From Patescibacteria group bacterium (GTDB lineage: Bacteria > Patescibacteriota > Patescibacteriia > JAHIZJ01), in assembly GCA_041650335.1 (NCBI GenBank), contig JBAZLK010000002.1, positions 41,818 through 105,817 of the forward strand: a stretch of DNA of 64,000 nucleotides, read 5' to 3'. The position numbers and the translations under genes are program-made. Each line of letters opens with the position of its first letter. Within the stretch, counting starts at the first letter, position 1. Under the pieces are notes generated by a model, which made no database searches, was not told the DNA's origin, and saw only the letters and a program-made list of their open reading frames with translations. Below are positions 60,462-64,000 of this stretch, piece after piece.

Positions 60462-62150
60462 TTACATTGTCATTGGCGCCGAAACACCCATCAGCTTCAG
60501 GCTGTTTCGGAGCACGATCTGGGTCGCTTTGATCAGTGCGACCCGAGCGGTATTCACCTCGCCCTGGTCGATCACCCGGCACTGGGTGTAAAAAACGTGA
60601 AAGAGTTCCGCCACCTTGATGACGTAAAACGGCAAGCGCTGAACTTCGTACGACTCGCAGATACCGCGCAGCAAGTCTGGGTATTGAACGAGCTCGGTGA
60701 TCAGATCGACTTCGGCGCGATGATCATAATGGATTTTTAGGCGCTCCGGCCAGGTCAGCTTCTTCAGCTCCTTCTGTTTCAGTATACTACAAATTCGAGC
60801 GTGCGCATATTGGACATAATAGACTGGGTTTTTATCGGATTTTTCCCGGGCCAGGTCGAGGTCAAAATCCATGTGCGTGTCGGCGGCGCGCATCAGGAAG
60901 AAAAACCGCGCCACGTCGAGGCCGACGTCATCAACCAGTTCTTCCAGCGTGATGAACGTGCCGCTCCGCTTCGACATTTTTACTTCCTGGTGGTTTGAGA
61001 TCAAACGGACGAGCTGAACAACGACGATATCGAGCTGACCGGGCCAATCCAAACTTTTCTTGATCGCCTGCATCCGGGTAACGTGCCCTTGATGGTCGGC
61101 GCCCCAGAAATTAACCACTCGCTCGAACTTCCGTTCGCAGAATTTGTTATAGTGGTAGGCAATGTCGGAAAGAAAATAGGTGTTCTCTCGGTTCGCCTTG
61201 ATCAAGACGCGGTCCTTCTCGTCACCAAAGGCGCTTGTCTTTACCCACGTGGCGCCGTCAGCCTTGTAGACATAGCCCTTCTCTTTCAATTGAGCCAATA
61301 CCGTCTTGACCGTCCCCTTTTTATAGAGCTCGCTTTCAAAAAACCAGCGGTGAAAGTGTATTTTCAGCTTTTCCCTTAGTACGCGTTGAATTTCCTTCAG
61401 CATCAGCCCGAGTACTTTATCCTTGACGGTTCGTTTGATCCGATTAATATCATTCAGCTTTACATCCACCAGCTTCAGGTGCTTGGCGAGATCTTTCACA
61501 TAGTCGCCCTGGTAGCAGCGTTCAGGGTAGTCAATATTCAATCCGGTCTGCTGGATGTAGCGCCGAATAACCGATTCAGCCAGGGTTTCGACTTGATTGC
61601 CGATGTCATTGACATAATATTCGCGCCGCGCCTGAAAGCCTTGGCTGGCAAAAACATTCGACAGAACGTCGCCCATGAAACCGCCCCGGCCATTGCCGAG
61701 ATGGATCGGACCGGTCGGATTGGCAGAGATGAATTCGACTTGAACTTTGGCGTTATCGCCGTATTTGCTTTTTCCATACTGACGGTCCAGATCGATGATC
61801 GTACCGACTTGCTGTCCCAGCCACGCCTTGCTAAACGAAAAGTTCAAAAAACCTGGCAAGGCCGTTTCAATTTTACCGAACTTGCGTTTAAAATTGTCGC
61901 TCAACCGTTCGATGATCGCCTCGGCGATCTCGAGCGGATTTTTTGCTAAAACCCGCGCCAATTGCATGGCCACGGTCGAAGAAATATCGCCGAATTTATC
62001 GTCTTTCGTATACTCGATTGTCTGATAAAAAAAATTTCCGTCGGCCTGTTGTTTCAGGTCGGGCCAGAGTTCATAGCATACGCGTTGGAGTTGACTAGCA
62101 ATTTCCTTCTTTATCATGCTCCTAGTATAAACGATTTTATTAACGGGCAC
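60462..62150 (-). CDS. argS: arginine--tRNA ligase
   Basis: 562 aa; class I HIGH-type ANPTGPIHLGNGRG and MSKRSG motif. Confidence 0.93.
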   Translation of the reverse strand: MPVNKIVYTRSMIKKEIASQLQRVCYELWPDLKQQADGNFFYQTIEYTKDDKFGDISSTVAMQLARVLAKNPLEIAEAIIERLSDNFKRKFGKIETALPGFLNFSFSKAWLGQQVGTIIDLDRQYGKSKYGDNAKVQVEFISANPTGPIHLGNGRGGFMGDVLSNVFASQGFQARREYYVNDIGNQVETLAESVIRRYIQQTGLNIDYPERCYQGDYVKDLAKHLKLVDVKLNDINRIKRTVKDKVLGLMLKEIQRVLREKLKIHFHRWFFESELYKKGTVKTVLAQLKEKGYVYKADGATWVKTSAFGDEKDRVLIKANRENTYFLSDIAYHYNKFCERKFERVVNFWGADHQGHVTRMQAIKKSLDWPGQLDIVVVQLVRLISNHQEVKMSKRSGTFITLEELVDDVGLDVARFFFLMRAADTHMDFDLDLAREKSDKNPVYYVQYAHARICSILKQKELKKLTWPERLKIHYDHRAEVDLITELVQYPDLLRGICESYEVQRLPFYVIKVAELFHVFYTQCRVIDQGEVNTARVALIKATQIVLRNSLKLMGVSAPMTM

Positions 62151-62211
62151 AATATTCAGGCGTTAATTACTGGGGATTTCTCTCGCTTAAACCGGCCGGT
62201 GGATAACTCCC

Positions 62212-62239
62212 TTGACAAATGATATTCATTTGCTATGCT
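62212..62239 (+). promoter_or_regulatory. sigma70-like promoter
   Basis: TTGACA-16 nt-TATGCT upstream of the TrpR-like gene. Confidence 0.5.
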
Positions 62240-62272
62240 TTATCTTGCTAAAGTGCTTTATCTTACTAAAGT
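62237..62272 (+). repeat. 18-nt tandem direct repeat (two copies, one mismatch) overlapping the -10 and transcription start
   Basis: GCTTTATCTTGCTAAAGT / GCTTTATCTTACTAAAGT, followed by a third CACTAAA. Confidence 0.8.
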
Positions 62273-62283
62273 TCACTAAACCC

Positions 62284-62607
62284 ATGGCTAACTGGTACAA
62301 CCAAAAAGTCAAAAACTTATTTGCGGCCGTTCTGAAATTGAAAACGCCCGATGAGGCCAGGCGCTTTTTCCGCGACTTGCTGACCGAACAAGAAATACTG
62401 GAGTTCGCCAACCGCTGGCAAGCGGCGCAATTACTCGACCGCGGCGTCCCCTATTCGACGATCTCGGCGAAAACCGGCTTAAGCTCGACGACGATTGCGC
62501 GTATCTCGCGCTGGCTGTATCGCGGTCTCAACGGCTATCAGCTGATGCTGAAACGGCTCAATCTTCATCATCGCAATTCTGCCTCTTTCGAGAAAGGATT
62601 GCGTTGA
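62284..62607 (+). CDS. YerC/YecD-family TrpR-like DNA-binding protein
   Basis: About 107 aa. TPDEARRFFRDLLTEQEILEFANRWQAAQLL...YSTISAKTGLSSTTIARISRWL (TrpR-like helix-turn-helix). Confidence 0.8.
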   Translation: MANWYNQKVKNLFAAVLKLKTPDEARRFFRDLLTEQEILEFANRWQAAQLLDRGVPYSTISAKTGLSSTTIARISRWLYRGLNGYQLMLKRLNLHHRNSASFEKGLR

Positions 62608-62634
62608 TGTTTGTATAAAAACGCATAAACCCAG

Positions 62635-62666
62635 CCCCTTCTCGGAAGAGAAGGGGTTTTGTTTTT
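62635..62666 (+). terminator. rho-independent terminator
   Basis: CCCCTTCTC-ggaa-GAGAAGGGG then TTTTGTTTTT. Confidence 0.75.
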
Positions 62667-62694
62667 ATCCATAACGTTATTAAACCATCGAACT

Positions 62695-63255
62695 ATGAAA
62701 AAACGACTACAAATTGGCGTCATTGGGTTCAGCGGACCAGAGGAATTTCCATCACTAATAAAAACGGGTACAAAACTTTTCGCCGCCGCCGAACAAGTCG
62801 GACGCTTATTGGCACAAAAAAATTGCATTGTCATAACCGGTGGTAAAACCGGCGTCATGGAAGCCGCAGCGCGTGGGGCCAGAACAGCGGGCGGACTGAC
62901 AGTCGGTGTCATTTGCGGGACTCAGCGTCGCAGCTCAAATGCCTACACCGACGTCGAGGTACTGACGGGAATGTCAGCCGTGGGATTAGACGAACTCTTG
63001 CTCATCCTGATGTGCGACGCCCTTATCTCCATCGGCGGCGGCGCGGGCACGCTGGAAGAAATCACCCTCGCCTATCGGAACAAAAAACCGGTCGTTGCCC
63101 TGCGGAATTACGGCGGCTGGACCGACCGGACAGCCGGTACCTTTCTCGATGAACGACAAACGATTCGGATAGATACAGCCGATTCTCCGGTAAAAGCGGT
63201 AGAAAAAATACTTGCGATTTGTACCAATGATTTGTCGACGAAGCCTGTTTCGTAA
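62695..63255 (+). CDS. TIGR00725/LOG-like Rossmann-fold nucleotide-binding protein
   Basis: VITGGKTGVMEAAARGA...GLTVGVI and ISIGGGAGTLEE motifs typical of the LOG/SLOG family. Start taken at ATG 62695. Confidence 0.7.
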   Translation: MKKRLQIGVIGFSGPEEFPSLIKTGTKLFAAAEQVGRLLAQKNCIVITGGKTGVMEAAARGARTAGGLTVGVICGTQRRSSNAYTDVEVLTGMSAVGLDELLLILMCDALISIGGGAGTLEEITLAYRNKKPVVALRNYGGWTDRTAGTFLDERQTIRIDTADSPVKAVEKILAICTNDLSTKPVS

Positions 63256-63315
63256 AAATCCGCTGGATATTCCAGCAATTGCACTTTCACAGTCCAACAT
63301 GAAGGAGGTAGGTTC

Positions 63316-64000
63316 ATGGAAACGCTCCCGCGTTACCCAGCTTTTTCGTACGATTCCTCAATCGTGACGGATGGTCGAATTTTGCTGATCGACGAACCGA
63401 TTTCGTCAGACATCCGAACCGAGCTTGCGTCACTCAACACCGTCGACAAACAAGACTTGGTTTTTCTTGAAGATCGTTTGCTCGCTGATCGCCTTGAACC
63501 GATACTCCGACAACTGGTGCTTAACGATCCCGAGACGCTTTTCGTCTTTCCTGGCAACGGCTCGAACTATCCCCGCCGGTATTCCCAAATCTGGCAAGAT
63601 CGACCGAATGCCTCGGTCCCGGCGAGACGATTCTGGCATCCGGGAGCCGATCCGATCGCTCTGGTCGGACGAGTATTACCTGAGCTGTTTCTTATTATCG
63701 GCGTCGGCGTCGTGCTGGTTGTCGACGATGTGATCAGTTCTGGGCAGACACTTTCCGCGCTGTATCAAAACAACGCCTGGCGTTTTCCGCGGGCGCGGTG
63801 GTTGGGCGCCGCTTGGGTCGCTCAACTACCGAGAATGAAATCGATCTCAGGCGTCAAAGGCTATCAATCAATCACCGCCGCCTGCCTGGTCCAGAAACGC
63901 AACGGCACGGGCCGCGTTCCAATCAACTCGTTGAGCACACTTCGCCTCTGCCCTGAGATCGCTGAAAGCTACGCCTCACGTCACTTTGTCCGGCCAGCCG
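63316..64000 (+). CDS. phosphoribosyltransferase-domain protein (type I PRTase-like); runs off the window end
   Basis: SD GAAGGAGG 7 nt before the ATG. PRPP-binding-like motif VVLVVDDVISSGQTLSAL. Higher G+C. Confidence 0.6.
   Translation, partial: METLPRYPAFSYDSSIVTDGRILLIDEPISSDIRTELASLNTVDKQDLVFLEDRLLADRLEPILRQLVLNDPETLFVFPGNGSNYPRRYSQIWQDRPNASVPARRFWHPGADPIALVGRVLPELFLIIGVGVVLVVDDVISSGQTLSALYQNNAWRFPRARWLGAAWVAQLPRMKSISGVKGYQSITAACLVQKRNGTGRVPINSLSTLRLCPEIAESYASRHFVRPA

Overview
This 64 kb window is dense (about 90% coding) and almost all genes sit on the minus strand. I would guess a small-genome, CPR/Patescibacteria-like organism, from gene content and style rather than from any marker gene. 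The backbone is housekeeping: rplA-rplK-nusG-secE; gyrB; pheS/pheT; metG; glyQS; ileS; argS; a complete F-type ATP synthase operon (atpZ-B-E-F-H-A-G-D-C); rlmN, rsmI, tgt, recO, rmuC, tatD; and a UvrD-type helicase fused to a Cas4-like nuclease. There is also a CarS-like CTP transferase paired with a CDP-alcohol phosphatidyltransferase, several large secreted or surface proteins (an Asn-repeat protein, a 1022-aa metzincin, a DUF11-repeat protein) and a membrane-anchored ClpC-like AAA+ unfoldase. I found no rRNA, tRNA or CRISPR array. The most interesting signal is a set of small patches with higher G+C. Their ORFs carry strong Shine-Dalgarno motifs (GGAGG or GAAGGGGG 4-8 nt before the ATG), usually with their own consensus promoters and hairpin terminators. 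The host housekeeping genes show essentially no SD at all. Two patches share an architecture: an unknown larger protein followed by a ~60-aa four-Cys zinc-ribbon protein. One (37.7-39.8 kb) has a novel 428-aa Arg-rich protein, a convergent 87-aa ORF and a perfect 9-bp inverted repeat at the boundary. The other (55.4-56.3 kb) has a GlcG/DUF336-like protein. These are the best candidates for recently acquired, undescribed accessory modules. Coordinates I derived by hand may be off by 1-2 nt.
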